DNA of 63,603 bases, the filler included, from Reticulomyxa filosa (Eukaryota; Protista; Foraminifera): assembly GCA_000512085.1 (NCBI GenBank). It is 17 parts of 17 records of this genome, joined end to end, with 100 filler letters (N's around TTAATTAATTAA, not from the genome) between each part and the next. Parts side by side here need not be neighbours in the genome. Positions count along the whole stretch, not along the records: positions 62,482 to 63,603 come from ASPP01021697.1; 16 more parts are not named here. One strand, written 5' to 3'. This document shows positions 63,571 through 63,603 of this stretch, piece by piece. Both the position numbers and the translations under genes were made by a program. Below the pieces are notes generated by a model that was given only the letters and a program-made list of their open reading frames with translations, made no database searches and was not told where the DNA came from. The first letter of the stretch is position 1. Every line of letters begins with the position of its first letter.

Positions 63571-63603
63571 GCCAGGCGGCACGAAGTGCCGCATGGCCCA
63601 TAG
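63571..63603 (+). mobile_element. GC-rich hairpin resembling a Helitron 3' terminus
   Basis: GCCAG-GCGGCAC-GAA-GTGCCGC-ATGGC stem-loop followed by CCATAG at window end, in very AT-rich DNA. Confidence 0.4.

Noticed and set aside
1-63603. tRNA, rRNA, CRISPR arrays, prokaryotic operons
   Set aside because: None recognised by eye; a covariance-model scan would be needed to exclude small ncRNAs.

Overview
This is not one continuous locus. It is 17 short eukaryotic contig pieces joined by 16 artificial 100-nt linkers (44 N + TTAATTAATTAA + 44 N), so gene neighbourhood only means something within a piece. The DNA is very AT-rich, with short introns full of microsatellites and many pseudogene relics. 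It carries expanded WD40, TRAF/RING-like, NACHT and 7TM family signatures that I recall from the foraminiferan Reticulomyxa filosa; the organism is inferred, not verified. Recognisable genes: an ASTE1/FAM120-like PIN protein, GH25 lysozyme, UCP-like mitochondrial carrier, Tudor+PH protein, USP deubiquitinase, NACHT-HEAT-(ANK) NLR-like protein, atypical G-alpha, two 7TM proteins, A1 aspartic protease, UTP21/WDR36, JHY-like protein and 3-beta-HSD-like SDR. Relics: Tc1, LINE RT, HSP70, RluA and USP9/24-like fragments, plus four copies of a solo-LTR-like element. The best novelty candidate is at 818-2383 (-): a spliced 427-aa type-I membrane protein with an LPMO-like ectodomain lacking the copper histidine brace and a cytoplasmic WW domain, a possible pseudo-enzyme glycan receptor. 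All calls come from reading motifs by eye; no searches were run.
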